Below, piece after piece: positions 21,048 through 35,386 of a DNA stretch of 64,000 nucleotides (positions are counted from its first letter, which is position 1; each line of letters begins with the position of its first letter). Position numbers and translations under genes: made by a program. The stretch is from the NCBI GenBank assembly GCA_964658305.1, contig OZ210885.1, positions 19,654,001-19,718,000 on the forward strand, written 5' to 3'. The notes under the pieces are model-generated. The model was given only the letters and a program-made list of their open reading frames with translations. It was not told the DNA's origin and did not search any database. This DNA comes from Leptogorgia sarmentosa. Taxonomy: Eukaryota.

Positions 21048-23857
21048 ATGAACGGGGAGAAGCAAGAGACGAACAACGTGGAAGCAGCTATACGCATGCT
21101 CTTTCCTTCAACGAATGGATCAAACCAAGGTGAAACATGTGTGGCTGTGGAACATGGCGCTTTGAATATGGCTGATCGTCGGCCCCCTGAAAACACTGAA
21201 AGATTCGTGCCTAATTGGAAATATGGTTCAAGAAAACGGCTGAGAAACCTAAAAGTTTGACCAGTAAAAATCCTACATGCAACGAACAGAGAACCGTTCT
21301 TAAGGATGTGATTCTTTTGCACGGTCCAAAATCAGTCCTCGTGGCATAGCACGGGGAGCGCAATTTGCGCTTGGTTTGACCTACGACGTTTCAATTTAGC
21401 AGTGCCATGGGGGAAAGTGAGATCAGAGTCTACTGGAGGAAAAGTTTAAAAGCAGACTTGACTCTATTTCTAGAAAAGGCAACTGAGTTCGTAACAGCTA
21501 TAAACAGTAAAATCATACCTATTGAAAATGTTAATCAACAGGAGGGGCATGTGACATGTGACGGTAGACTTGTAAAGCACATTTCTGGTCAAGGGCCACT
21601 GTACATTCGCGCAAATGAAGATAATAGTGCACCTCTACAGGCATACCTAAATTCCAAGCAGAGAAGAGATGAGAAAAGTGACGACACAGATGAGATAGAA
21701 TCTGAAAGGTAGCACTGAGATGAGGAAGCAATTATGCAAAATACAATGCATAAGATTAATCCTTCCCCTATAGTACGAGTAGGTCTTAGTAATTTGGATG
21801 ATGATGCTGCTCCTAGTGAAGATAATGTTCTACGCTGTGACCCGGGGAGTCGTTATTAAATACAATGCCTTCAACATTGCAAACCCTGCAAACAAACGTT
21901 AACAAGCGTACTGATAGGATTGTTACATTGATGCACCCAAGCGATTGGATGCATCCTGAGAACAGACTCAGAGTTGTTTTCATTGGAGAACCAGCCATTG
22001 ATACTGGTGGCCCAAAAAGTGAATTTTTTTCTGGTGAGTAACATTAGTTGCTTTTACAAAAAGTACATTTTAATAGACAAATAAATTTGTAAAGGAAAAT
22101 GCTTTCACATGTGAATATTAGGTATGTATGTAAAATTGTAAATATTTTCAAGCATTCTCATGTTGACCAGAGTGGGCAAAAGACTGTTGTGTTACTATAT
22201 CTAAAACACAGTAAATTAATGCTGAGTTGTGTATAGGACTGGTGTGGTTGACTGGTGGTGTTACTTTATTTAAAATGAATAATCTTCGGATGTGCTTGGG
22301 CAGGTGCGGGACCGACTTTTTGATCAGAATGGACTGCCAGTTGCAAGCACTCTGGCAATGACGCAGGATCGTTTCAAATATGCTGGTGAATTGATGGGAA
22401 TATCAATTATTCAAGGTGGGCCTGCACCAAACTTCTTGTCACCTGTCATATATGATGGAATTGCCAAAGGTCTGTCAAAGGTTGTGTATTCCCTGGATAT
22501 GATTGAGGAATCAAATTGGAAAGAAATTGCAATCCAGGTACATTTCTGATGTAATTGAAGTACTGATTTAGGTCACATATTGATTAAAGAAATTAAAAAC
22601 ACAATCCTATTGATGATCTAAATTATTCTTAGCAATGCTTTTGCAATATAGAAATATTTTAAACATCCTATGTTGGATTGGCTCTGAATTTAAAACTTGA
22701 AGCATAATTAAGCATTTCTAAAATTTTTATTTGGTTTTGTAAGCATAATTACTGTACATGCCTATATCTAGATTGATTCTGTGGATCCTGATGCCAGTTT
22801 ACAATCTAAGCTCATGGAGGATGATCTTGTTCTTGCTGTGCTTGATCAAGCTGGCTACTGAGGAATTCCCAACAGAGACCCTTGCATCAAAGGATAAAAT
22901 AGTCAGGTATTATTTAAGGGTTATGGACTGCTGTGAATGTTTTGTTTACAAATATACACACACGCTGATCTTACAATGAACAAGAAAGTTGTTGCCAGGT
23001 AACAAAAACACACATGATTGATTTCAACCAATGGTGTGTGTGCATTTTGCACAGTGAACGAAGATTTTATATTAATACATATCAATCAGTATTATTATAT
23101 CAATTTTAAATGACTACAGTTAAATGCAATTAATATTTTTTTGCCCTAACCCCCTCACAACCAATGAGTATTCAGTCCTATAGCAACATAATGTACGTAA
23201 CACAACATTATATACTGTATTGTATAGAGTGTGGCAACAACCCTCCTTTGGACCTTCTCTGTTTAACTCAACATTCCTGAAAACATTTCTGCCTTTTCAT
23301 GCAGGTCTATAATAATAAAATCACAAATTGAACCAAAGTTGGGCATGATAAAGCAATTGGAAGAGGGCGGTTGGCACTAGATCATGGTGGCCTTACGCAC
23401 ACATCTGCAACAAACAAGCTGTCTTAAGAAAGTGGAATGATAGAGCTTTCTAACGGTGGTAAATATAGCCTACTTTCTATTTCTTTTCGTTATGAAAATT
23501 GCATTTGAACGTAGGATTGCGTTTTTTATATACCCTGTAGATTTGTGATCTCACATTTATAGTGTATGTCAAGGCCAAGCTATATATACTTTCTCTTTCA
23601 GGGATAGAGGAGCATGATTTGAAATTGCGGCATCTTTTTTGTTTTCTTACTGGATGCTATTATTGCTTCCTCTTGGTCTTCCTGATTCAATCAAGGTGAA
23701 ATTCCTGCATGGTTGTCACAATGGGTGCAAGTGTCGTCCAACAGCTTCAACCTGCCAATTGTTCATCAGGCTTCCAGTTCATGCCACTACATTTGAAGAA
23801 ATTAAGGAGTTGATGGTATCTGCCTTGTTAGAAGGTTTTGGGTTTGGTAATCTTTAA
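21048..23857 (+). pseudogene. G2E3-like HECT E3 ubiquitin ligase gene (multi-exon, degenerate), copy 1
   Basis: KDVILL.GP, GPLYIRA; VVFIGEPAIDTGGPK.EFF; AGELMGISIIQGGPAPNFL; C-lobe RPTASTC..I.LP...GFG. Confidence 0.8.
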
Positions 23858-23884
23858 ATAACTAGTTCAAACACTGTTTGGCTT

Positions 23885-24605
23885 CTGTTGTTACAAGCAC
23901 AGGCAAAATCCGTCAATTCCTCCATGAACAACAAACCTCCAGCGGATCATTTTTTATTACCGTCTATGTGCCTGGAATTTAAAAAAGTATTGTTCACATT
24001 ACAACCAAATCATGGTTGTGACAGTGTGACCGTCCAAATGTGGAAGGGAGGAATCCATACACCCCCCTTTAGAAATCCTTCATTTACCCTGACAACATGC
24101 ACAGTTGATAAGGCCTGTTCACACGAGTGATTTCACTGAGATTTCTAGGGCAATTTTCTCCTTTCAATGGATTTGAATGAGTAAACCAGTCACAAATGTT
24201 CAGGCGACGAAGCATGCACATCAGATGAAGCTAAGGGAAATGTATAAACACATAAAAATTCATACCATAATGCATTAGGTGTTCGAACACTGTATATTCT
24301 CCTATGGATGGCAGTTCTTTGACGTAATTCCCTGGTAATAGGATCTATTCTTCCAACAGATTGTCGAACTCTCTCTCTTTGTACTTTGACAGCATACCTC
24401 TTTAATGCTCCTATGACCATTCTTTTGTCTGAGTTTGGAGAATAGTGCAAGATGCGCCGGACAAATATGTCGATTTCACCATCATCTATTTCACTATAGT
24501 TTAATGTCTGACCTACAGTCAATCCAAGTTCACTTCGTCGTTTACGCACTGTTCTCTCCGAAACACCAAGCATGAGAGCTATGTTTTGCCACGAAAAATG
24601 CAGTG
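23885..24605 (-). pseudogene. IS3EU/IS481-like DDE transposase fragment with an intron
   Basis: FSW.NIALMLGVSERTVR.RR HTH, RRIYSV.TPNALW|HIDGN.K.IRWRFVVHGGIDGF; convergent with HECT copy 1. Confidence 0.75.
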
Positions 24606-24609
24606 AACA

Positions 24610-25460
24610 TAAAACGATGCGCTTAGTGCAAAGGGCAACACCCTACCTACAACTGTACTCTTGTGAAGGATTGCCAAGAGAGGTGGTCAATAGCAAAATG
24701 AGAAAAGCTGTGTTTCAATTGCTTAGGAAATCATAAATCATCTAACTGCCAATCAAGGTTCCGTTGCAGGGAAAACATCACACCACCCTATGTCCCCATT
24801 CGTCAACACCACAAGTCCCTCCTTTAACCCAACCTTAGCGCAACCCCCAACATCAAAATTCCAACAACCAATCAGCCACTCCAGCAACTCCGAACATGCA
24901 ACGACCAAGCCCCACTCATGCAACTCTGGTCCCATCTACACATTCCCCCACAGTACAACATGTTTCACTCTTGAAAACAGCAATCGTGACCGTCAGCATT
25001 GGGCAACTCTATTGCGAGGAAATATCCTTCTTGACGAAGGAGCTCAATGGTCGTTTATCACCACTGACCTGGCAAACCAGCTTGGAGTTGTGCCCTCTCA
25101 AACAGAAGAAATGTCGGAAGAATTTAACCCTAGCCCACCCTATTATGGCTGAAGAACACTTTCGTATATCACTACTTATAGGACCCGACTACTACTGGGA
25201 TATCGTTGAAGATGAAGTGATTTGTGGTCCAGGTCCCACCACTGTTGCATCCAAGCTTGACTATCTTCTCTCTGGTCCCCTACCAACACCATTCAGACCC
25301 TCCAACAGCCTTGTGAACCTACTCTGGACCATCAACTCCACCAAAGGAACCAAACTTGATTCAGAAAGATTTTGGTCCCTGGAATCTATGGGCATTGATC
25401 CGCCAACCACAACTGGAAAGCAACACAATTTCTTAAGAGATTATATACACTATTCTATCT
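24610..25460 (+). mobile_element. BEL/Pao gag-protease fragment
   Basis: CFNCLGNH knuckle, LLKTA, ILLDEGAQ.SFIT, LLIG.DYYWDIV, SKL.YLLSGP. Confidence 0.8.
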
Positions 25461-26526
25461 CGAGGGTAAAACGCGGGGAAAAAGTATTTTCTTTACGATT
25501 TGCATAATTAAAATAATATTTAAATTATTTTTACAGTTTACTTGACAGTATATTAAAAATGTATTGGTTTTCAGTTTATCTCATTGAACTAAAAAGAACT
25601 GGAACGCTACCTTGGCAGGAAATGCCTATGATCGGATGAAGCCGTGTGTCTGAGGGAATTTCTTGCGTGACGCGTATTTTTCTCGGGAAACTTGCGAAAA
25701 TAATATAAAAATGCGAAAATAATATAAAAATGCGAAAATACGCTTAGAAAATAACTATTTTATCCCTAAAGAAATGCTTTTGTGTTGATTTTTTTGCTCA
25801 TCTCATACTTGGAGTGGGTATATGCTCTACTGAGTTGAAAATACTATTTTAAAAATGGAAAAACAGTCCAAAAGTTAGTCGGACTGCCGTGGCACTCCAC
25901 TCTAGACTGCACGTTTTCATACAAAACTTGGCATTTTATCCACATAGATTATGCAAAAAGGCCAAATTTGAATCATTGTATCTTGATCTTTGTTTTAGTT
26001 TTATTAAATTAAAATTTAGACGTGTTAACGGCCGTTTTAAAGCCGTTTTCAGCAGTTTTCGACCGGCTTTTTTGTTTATTTTTTCATATGACCGCGCGTG
26101 TTTATGGCTATATTTCTTGTTGCTAATCTATAGAGCAGTATATATGCTTCTTTGAGTTCATCAGCAGTACGAAATTATCCACATGTGACAATATGTTCGT
26201 AAACATCCGGAAAAACAACATAGCATAAAAAATAATGTCTTACTACAACTTTACTACGAACTGCAACTGCAAGAAGCAAAATATACATGGAACTTAACCT
26301 TAACCTAGGTGTTTAATTCTTGTCTTAAGATAACCTAACCAAAACTATTTGACTAGTGTGTTCTATGTTATCAGCAGTAGGATTTCCATTTATATAAGAT
26401 AGAGTATTTGATTTTGATATCAAAATAGTTAATGTAGTATACAGTATACGGTTTGGAAACTTGTTGGAGTAGCAATACAACTCTCAGTCAACTGATGCAG
26501 TTAGTCATGTAAACTAACTGCATAAT

Positions 26527-28590
26527 TCATATTGGCAAACCAAAGTCTCGTAAAAAGTTAAAATGTACAGGAGTGAGATGTGATGCAACTGCCTCAGATA
26601 ACAATACTATTTGTGGCGTGAAGTAAGGCTGCTTCATTTGAACACATCGGGCATTGACATGAAAATATACATTCTGGAACCTGTGTCGCATCTCACCTGT
26701 GTTTTTATCTCCCCAATCTCTGTACATCTTGGTTGTCAAAACCTTGTCGTAAGGGGGTGGTGCAGCAATTCCACCTTGAGGTTTTAGGGACTGGGAGCAG
26801 CCAAAGCATGTTCGCACTAACGGTGAACATAACTGAAAAAGTTGAACACAGATGGGTTCTGCCTGATTGCTGTATTTTGAATAATTAACCATGAACGATG
26901 GGAAATCATTTGAATGTTGCTGGTATGTAATGTGATGTAGCAACTGGGGTTCTTGGTGTGGTAGCTGGGTTTGCTGTAATGTTGGCTGGGGATGCTGTAA
27001 CAGTGGCTGGGGTTGCTGGTGTGATGGATGGTTACGTTGCTGGGCCAGATGTGGTTGCTGAGTACGTTGCTGGTTTAGCGGCTGGGGTTGTTGGTGTCGC
27101 GGCTGTATGTCAGTTGGAAGGTTAGTAAAACCAGTGGAACCGTGATAGGAACTTGCTGTGGATTCGTTGTTACAGTTGTGGTTGGTTGTAATGGGAAACG
27201 GTCAACCACTGTTTTTGGCGGAGCTTTAGTTGAACTTCGTCCACCTTTTCTTCTCGCTGTTGCGGGCTTTTTAGATTTTCTCCCGACTCCCTTTCCACTG
27301 TCGCATGTCACTAAAGATGTTAAGTTTGGGCGATTTGTCTTGGCATACTTGTCTGTTCTCCCTGTCTTTTCGGCAACGGCCAAAGAATGCGAACAGATTT
27401 TAAAAGCATTCCATCCAGGGCAATCAGCACATGTAACTTTGCCATTCTTCCCAACGGACACGTAATGAGGTCTTGCCATTGTTTTGCTCTCGACCATGTA
27501 TGCCTCCTCTCCTGTCCCATTCGGTGCGTTGACAATTGCATTAGGCTTGTTGAGTAAAACTTTGCCTTTCTCTGAAATATTTCTGAGGGTCGTCGGGCTT
27601 GCTGATATGTTATGCCAATGCTAACAAGGTCGGTGGAAATTTCTATCTGTTGTGTTTGCAAGCTCTCGACTGATGTATTGGGCCGTGTTGGTGAGCTGTT
27701 GATGGAGGGGACAGACATTTTGGCGTCATGGAATTTTCTGATATATGATTCCTTTTGCTGGTTTTTTTTTTAAACCACTGATCAGGTGACAGTTCTAATT
27801 TTGAAAATTTTGGAGCTAGACGATACGGACCGTGATTAAAGATGGCAGATTCCATGTCTTCTTTTTGTCGAAGCAACAACATGTTCATCTCCTGACAGAA
27901 TTTACTCATTTCATTCTCTTTAAAATTGACTGCGCATTTAATCTATGCATTCACTGATTCTGGTACGTTGTTATAAAATGGTTCGGGAGGGTCACCCAAA
28001 CCAGCATGTCTGCGGACGTCTTTCAACATGCATTGAACTATCATTTCTTCCTGCAAAGCATTAAAGTTTCATGGCAAAATGTTAAAATAAATGAAAAAGA
28101 ATACAGACACGATTCAATCTCTCCAGACATGCCTAATGCCTAAAAGTTTTCATGTGTAAACAACAACACGCAAGTCGTAAGAAAAGAGATATACTGTACA
28201 TTGAGACTTGAGAAAAGTCAAACATGCATGAGACAACAAAATTATCTGTTATTCGAGCACGTCATACTGGTATCACATGCACACATTGTGATAATGCTTT
28301 TGCGGAAACCACGGAGTAATTTTTAGAAAATACGAACAGCTAACAACTATATAGTTTGGTCATTATCAAAAATCAAGTAATACCCAATATCGTCTGATAT
28401 CTAATGTTTAATGCAATACTTAGTGTACACTAACCTTGTTGAGAATGTAGTCATGAAATTTAGGACTCTTCCCAATTGGAAGATATTCTTGTTCTTTGCT
28501 GTCCCACACATTTTTTACAGAGGCTAATTTCGTATGAAAATCTTCAGGATCGTCGGCATCAAGGAGTCCTATGGAGAATATAAATGCAGC
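26527..28590 (-). pseudogene. Mutator-like DDE transposase with SWIM finger, 3' part, spliced and degenerate
   Basis: GLLDADD..DF..KL, GLGDPPEPFYNNVPES.N, SWIM C.DC.....ICSH; possible element end at ~25462 (GAGGGTAAAACG). Confidence 0.65.
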
Positions 28591-29199
28591 GCATTCATTT
28601 ATTTGTTTCACCTTCTAATTCCGTATCGCCAAACAGGTCTAAGGAGGGCAGTAATGACACGAAGACGACCGAAACAGTTAACCCAGCATCAGGACAGATC
28701 CAATCACGCTCGGGGCGTCTGATTAAACCAACAAAGAATCCAGATTTTGTGTATAAACTTCTATCGTTTAGATCCTGACGCAAAAAGAGTTATAGATCTA
28801 AATAGGTTACTTTGTTGTTATGTTATTTAATAGTGGTTCTCAAACCACGCTTAAAGATGGGCATGTTATATTAAGTCATAAATTGTAAGTATACTACATG
28901 AAGTATAGTATGCGGACAGAGCGGGGGACTAGGGAGGAACAAGATGGCGTCCAGTTATTGATATTCGAATACTTAATATTGTTATCATGATTGTCACTGA
29001 AGCTTAGAAATAAAGGCAGAAAGTAGAACACTCTATTCCAAAAATAAGAACAAATTATGGAAAATTTAATATTCGATTTTCGGGCGTAAAGGTATGGAAC
29101 GAAATTGATGATGAAATAAAGAAACTTAAACAATCAAAATTTGAAGTTGAGGTGAAAAATGTCAATGTCAATTAGTCAATGTCAATTATGAAAGCTGGT

Positions 29200-29912
29200 T
29201 GACAAGTACTGAACCAGAAACAGTTTCTAGTGAACATGGTAATGGAAGTTTCAATGGCTCAGATGAAGATGAAGTAGAAATACCTGCTGGCATTACATGC
29301 TAACTGCTCCTGATTTTGTTGATGATAATGAAAGACAAGGAATATACAACTTTGCCCCTGGAAAAGGTAATAGACCACTGAGTATATTTAGAGATCAGTA
29401 CTCTGAAGAAATTGCTTACCCAGGAATATTCTTGGGCCAGAAAAGACCAGATGATGAGCAACAATTGAAAAGTGTTTATTATTATATAGTAAGTCAGAAT
29501 TAAAACAGTTTGATCGAGGAGCTGCAATGTGTGTAGAAACATATTCTTTAAAGCAAAAAAATTACAGATGAAATTGTTGTTGGGGCAATCCCAAATTGCT
29601 TTCAGGAAATGCAAATTAGGAAATGGAACACTCGCTGTTGGACAGTTGAAAACACCAGAAGGCTTAGAAAATTTAATTTGTCATGATGGTTTTAAATTTT
29701 TGAGAGCTTTAAGAGGCTCACCACGTTACTTTTGAAACAGCAAAAAGGGATTTGTTTGCTACGATTCGACAATTATGACCGGCATCACTTATATGCTTGT
29801 GCCGTGTATATTGTATCATATATTTCAAAAGCTCAAAATATAATGAGTGAATTGTTACATAAAGCTTGTGCTGAAGCCAGAGAAGGAACTGCTAACATAA
29901 AGCAACAGGTCC
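29200..29912 (+). pseudogene. Helitron/Helentron RepHel fragment
   Basis: YNFAPG.GNRPLSIFRDQYSEE.AYPGIFLGQ, NIFFKAKKLQM, FLRALRGSP.YF, YACAVYIVSYISKAQ. Confidence 0.8.
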
Positions 29913-32730
29913 ATGCCTGGCGAAAACGTTTTACGTTTTATGGATGTTCTAGCAGCAGAAAGCATGGACTTTCCTTCTTTAAAATACCGTCAGTACGCGC
30001 CGGCGAGAGTGAACACACAACAACACTGAAGGCCAGCACTACAAACGAATGGCTAAATATCATCCTACGGACGCGAGAGTTGACGCCAGAACTGAAGACA
30101 CGAATTGACGCTGGAAATATCTATTCGTGCGAACTTCATTTCAAGCCAGAGTGGATTTTAACAAGTATTTGTATTGCATTTTCTGCAACTAGTTATATTG
30201 TAGCATAGAACAATGAGCCTATTCATGAATATGAAATTAGGTTTCACAACTCTAAATATAGCTTCAAGTTGTATATGACTTTTATTTAAGATCCTAAAAG
30301 AAAAAGTTTGGTAACTGGAAGCATTCCAACCGAGCAACTGCCCTGAAAACTTCATGCTGTTCCAGCAAAAATACGACGGACTCTTGTGCGGAATATGCAA
30401 GACCCAGACGAAAGTATGCCATCAACGTCGTTTGAATGCCCCATGGAGTCACCATTGAGTCTTGAAGATCTTCGAAGCCGCCTCGATAGGAAAGCATTAT
30501 TGCTGTGGACGATCGAAGCAATGCAAGACAACGAAGATATCAATTTCCACCTACATGATGGTAACCACAGTATTGCAAAATACACAGTGGTACTTAATCC
30601 AGCCTTGGAATTTAGTGTGTTCGCTTTCAACTGGCCAATTCCAGACACCCATATTATTTAAACTGAGACGAAACGGCACGTAAATGGGCCTGAAGATTGC
30701 AAGACATTGCTAAATTTAGTGGAAAATTCTCTGATTTGCAATAGCTTGCCACAAGATGAAAATACCAAATCAGTTGTGGTTGATCCAATTTCTGATGTCA
30801 ATTTGTCTGAATTTCCTCAGTTTACGGTTGTTCGGCATTCTGAAAGCAATTTCCAGAGCAGTGTGACTTTCCGGTCTCCAGGATGTGAAACTATCATGGT
30901 AACTGAAAGCCCTACAGACCAAATATCCTGTGATCCCTGTGCCAAAACCCTTACCAATCTTGAGAGAGCTGCTAGGAGAAAGAAGGTGATAACAACAGCC
31001 CCAGCCAAAAGTAAAGCTCCACTTACATCATGCAGCTCTGAGAAGTTAGTGGCAACTGTGAAGGCATCGAGACTGGAATGTAAACAGTTGGAAGGCAGAT
31101 TGAAAGAGCTTCAGGGGCAAATAAAGAATAAATGATGACGGTGTGGGAATAAGTAGTGGTTTGGAGAATGACATTTTGAAAATCATGGGTGGGCAAAATC
31201 TTGATGCAACCCCACACATGAAATTCTTTTGGGAGCAGCAATTAAAGCTCCTAAAGAGTGAGAAATTTGGACGGCGTTACCATCCTCAAATCATTCGGTT
31301 AGCTCTCTCTTTACATGGAAAGTCTCCTGCTGCATACTGTGAGGTTAGAGACAGTGGTGCTCTCATTCTGCCAAGCGAGCGTGTCTTAAGGGACTACAAG
31401 AACTATTTTAAACCAAAGGCAGGACTTAATGTTGAGAATATAGAGAACCTCACTCAGCGGAATCCAACGTTATGTTGTTTTGGTTATGGACGAAATGAAA
31501 ATACAGTCCAACCTTGTATTTGACAAGCATTCTGGGTACTTAATTGGCTTTGTTGATCTTGGTGATCCAATGACCAATTATGCAAGTCTTGGTGAGGAAG
31601 ATGTGATGGCAACCCATGCCCTGGCATTTCTGGTAAGAGGTATGTGCAGTGACCTCAAACATGTCATTGCATATTATTTCACTGAAAACGTTACCTCTTA
31701 CCAGTTAATGTCAATCTTCTGGAAAGTTGTTGGTGTTCTTGAATTGTCATTGAAACTGCTGCCGTGAATGATGGAGCATCGCCAAACCAGAAGTTCTTTG
31801 ATCTCCATTCAAAGTTTGTTGCTGATCTGAATTGTGATGTGGTCCACAAGGTACACAACATCTTTGCCACGTCAAGATTCATATTCTTCTTTGCTGATGC
31901 CTGTCATCTAATAAAGACTGCTCGGAACTGTTTATATAACTCTGGCTCCTGCAGTCGACTGATGTGGAACAATGGGCAATATCTACTTTTTCGCCACATT
32001 GCAGATTTATTTTACAGTGATCAAGAGTTTGCTTTGCACACGTTACCAAAGCTTTCTCTTGATCACATTGTGCTAACGTCGTATAGCAAAATGAAGGTGA
32101 AATTGGCTACCCAAGTTCTAAGTGGGTCGGTTGCCATTGCATTGGAAGAAAGTGGGAAAGATGAAACTGGTGGTACTGCCCAATTTTGTAGGATGATGAA
32201 TGATTTCTTTGACTGTGCAAATGTGAGGTCTGACTGAACATGTCAGGAAACGAAATCATTTCATCAAACCCTATGAGTCACAAGATAATGAAAGATTTAC
32301 TTGGTTGAAGGATGTGTTTCTGAAATTCCTTGATGAATGGCAAGCGAGTACCTGGCTACAAGAGGGGAATTATTCACCTGATCACAGAGGAAAGATGTTC
32401 CTGAGTCTTCAGACCTACAGAGGTTTGAAAATTTCTGTTCATTCGCATATTGAGGCCATTCAGTTTTTGCTCGCTGAAGGGTTTCAATATGTACTCAGTG
32501 AACGATTTTTGCATGATGTGCTCGAGGACTATTTTGGACATCAGCGAGCTAAAGGCGGACGTTCAGACAACCCTACAGCCCAACAGTTTGGATACAACAA
32601 CCTCACTATTGCCGCACAAAGGGATATTGCACCTGTTCTGAGAGGGAATGTTGGCGGGAGGTATGAGAAAAAGAAATGGTTTCAGGTCAGTGAAGAGCCA
32701 GTGCACAAAAAGAGAAAACCAAAGAAGTGA
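29913..32730 (+). pseudogene. P-element/THAP9-like transposase (THAP domain + DDE), frameshifted
   Basis: THAP ..GCSS..W..CELHF; RYHP, LPSERVLRDY, DEMKIQ.NLVFD, DGAS.N, DACHL.KT.RN, KMKVKLATQVLS, LEDYFG.QR..G.RSDNP. Confidence 0.9.
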
Positions 32731-33205
32731 CATTATTATGGGGGAATAATTGTTGTATTATAAATTTGTTGTTTCTGTATAAGATTTCATTCAACAAACT
32801 TCAGGTCCTATAATAAACCTGTCTGATTTGCACAATTTTAATTTCAACTGATATTAAAGGTCTGATGTTTGTCGCAATGACTGAACATTGGGTTTCTTCT
32901 TGGGGATTTTGCAATTTTATTTCTTAAAGTAATGGAGCTAGCTTTTTACACCTATAGAAAAATTCAACTTTCCCTCTCTAAATATTTGCCATTTTCCTTT
33001 GATATTTATCCTTTATATCTTGTATACTGCACTGTGTAAAAGTGCCTGAATAAGCCTGGCCAGCTTATTAGAGATTCCATTGGAAATTTGTAGAATATAT
33101 CCACAAAGTATTTTTTGAAAGTTGCAAAATTCCATTGGAAAACTGATGAGCAATTCTCTATTATTAGTACTGCAGAAAAGGTCTGCCTGAAGTTTTATAC
33201 TGTCC

Positions 33206-33885
33206 TTTATTATATGGCAGACATAAATGGCGCACGCTGATTGGTTGATCAGCGGTCCGGAAAAAGTCATCTTGCCCGCTCAGGAAAGTCATCTTGCCCG
33301 CTCGTGAAACTATTATACAAATTAAATTTTTAAGGAAACTAAATCTTATTATGCCGTACGGTGACGTTGAAGAACACTCCCCGATTGAATTTTGCTGTCC
33401 CAGAAAAACACACGATCCAAAATGCTGAGTTTTAAAGTGAAAATAACGGCGAACAAAACAACAGTTCGAAAACTGTTGCGAACATTGTTCTCACAGCACT
33501 TAAATGGCTTCATTTCGCGTCGAACATTTGTTGTTTATCACAACATTTACATTATATTTTTTTATTCAATTTTTTCCTTTGTTGTATTTTTATTGTTTTG
33601 TTGTTGTACAGCAGTGAACGGCCAGAAACCGCCATTCAGTATGCCAGTGTATACGGCTGAACGTTTTAGCAGCGAAAGTGTTTTCTAGTTCTTTCTACAA
33701 TGTCAGAACAAATTGCGATCGAACAAAGCCATATAATAAATCCCTTATTAACCTCGTTTGCTCGGTCTGTACGGGAAAGTATTGCCTTGGTTTTTAACGC
33801 ACAGACCTCGCTCCTTCGTCGCTCGGTCTGTACGAAAACCCTCAGGCAATACTTTCCCGTACAGACCTCGCACTCGGTTAATAAG
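33206..33885. mobile_element. Non-autonomous element with 13-bp inverted repeat and ~140-bp terminal palindrome (possibly Crypton-type)
   Basis: TTTATTATATGGC (33206) / GCCATATAATAAA (33728); perfect 24-bp arms at 33764-33787 and 33844-33867. Confidence 0.55.
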
Positions 33886-34429
33886 TCCTTAATATTTTAT
33901 ACTATATGGTCTGCCTGGGATTGTACTGTACGGTTTCTTTGCATTTGAAAGAACAGATAGGCAGTTGCACAGTAATTTGGACCCAATTAATTGTTACTTT
34001 ACAAATGGCTTTCACTCAAAGATGCCTGGGACATAGAAACATTACTTAGAATTTTATTGCTATTTTGATTCTTCTTGCTAATATAACTTCCGATTATTAT
34101 GGAAATTACTGTAAACAAACAGCAGCAAGGGAAGACCCTTCTAATTCTTGATGAAGGGCCTTCACTCGAAATGCTGAATCTTTCTATCATTTAGGTAGTG
34201 AGTGCACTACCTTCACTTGCCATATTTCCAGTATCACTGTAAACATGTTTTCCACAGTAGCAATTGATATGCTAGGCATAAAGTGTAATGTAAATATTAA
34301 TATTGGAGCACAGCAAATGACTTTCATAATAAATAATAAAATAATAAACTATATACATTGTCCACACAATAATAAACCATATACATTGTCCTCACAATGA
34401 TAAACTATATACATTGTCCATACAGCCTA

Positions 34430-35386
34430 TGTTTCTAGTTCAGCTGATCTTTTCAAGTCCTTTCGCAATGATTTCTGATTTTTTTTTCTTTAATCTCATG
34501 TCTGGTAAGATAGTCCCTTGCATATGAAAATGATCTGACCTTTAAATACAATTTAATTACATTTTCTAAACACAGTTTTTGTGTGGGACTAGTTGTGTTC
34601 ACACCAGCAGAAAGAACAATATTCTCCCACAATGATGCGACTTCATACTTTGCAAAAGTAGATTAAGTTCCTTGTTGTGTTCACTATTCTTGCGTTTATT
34701 CGCCCGGAAAAGTTTCGACACCACGTAGCCTGAAATATATGATAGTGGACCACGCTAAGCTTGGTCAAGGCGATGAAAATCTGTCTCAGAAGTTTCACAT
34801 GCTTCACCGGTTTCCGAACGACTTGCTTGTCCACAGTTAATGTTGTAAAACCCAACAAGGTGATCAGGTATATGGATCATTATAAGGTTCGCAGCTTTGT
34901 AGTCCTCACAATTTAACAATTGGGTGGATTGTGGCATTAATGCGAAAAATTATTCGACCAGCCGATCTTGTTTTTTTTGTGGCAAAATTTCGCAAACAAC
35001 GGTAATAGTTTGTCAAACAAAGCTTGAGAACACCACAGCACCATACAATTTCTCCCGTATAATTTGGGATTTATCGATTCCGCAATTGACGCAACTGTCT
35101 CGAGACAAAAGAGATCAACTTCTGGCGATGTTTGCTTAGCAGTATTGTCGCTATGCTTTGCGTTCGTATGTCTAGTTAATCCGCCTTTCGACTTGCACAC
35201 TTTCTGGCATTTGGCACAAGGAAACGATTTTTCACCATGTATTTGCTCAAAGCGTCGTTATATTCGACCTCTATTTCCTCTCCTTCAGCCTGAGTAAACA
35301 CAACGGATACTTCTAGATTGTAGATGTCTTCTTCCAAATAGCCTAAAGAAATCTCGGAGTCTTGCATTATCCGTTTTGTCTGCCAT
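34430..35386 (-). pseudogene. Degenerate gene with a C2H2 zinc finger, possibly the partner gene of the P-like element
   Basis: FPCAKCQKVCKSKGGLTRHTNAKH across frames; convergent with the transposase. Confidence 0.45.

Noticed and set aside
28590..29150. RSGRLIKP-type LTR-element tail and LINE C-terminal scrap (RTNYGKFNIRFSG..VWN)
   Set aside because: Plausible but too short to annotate reliably.
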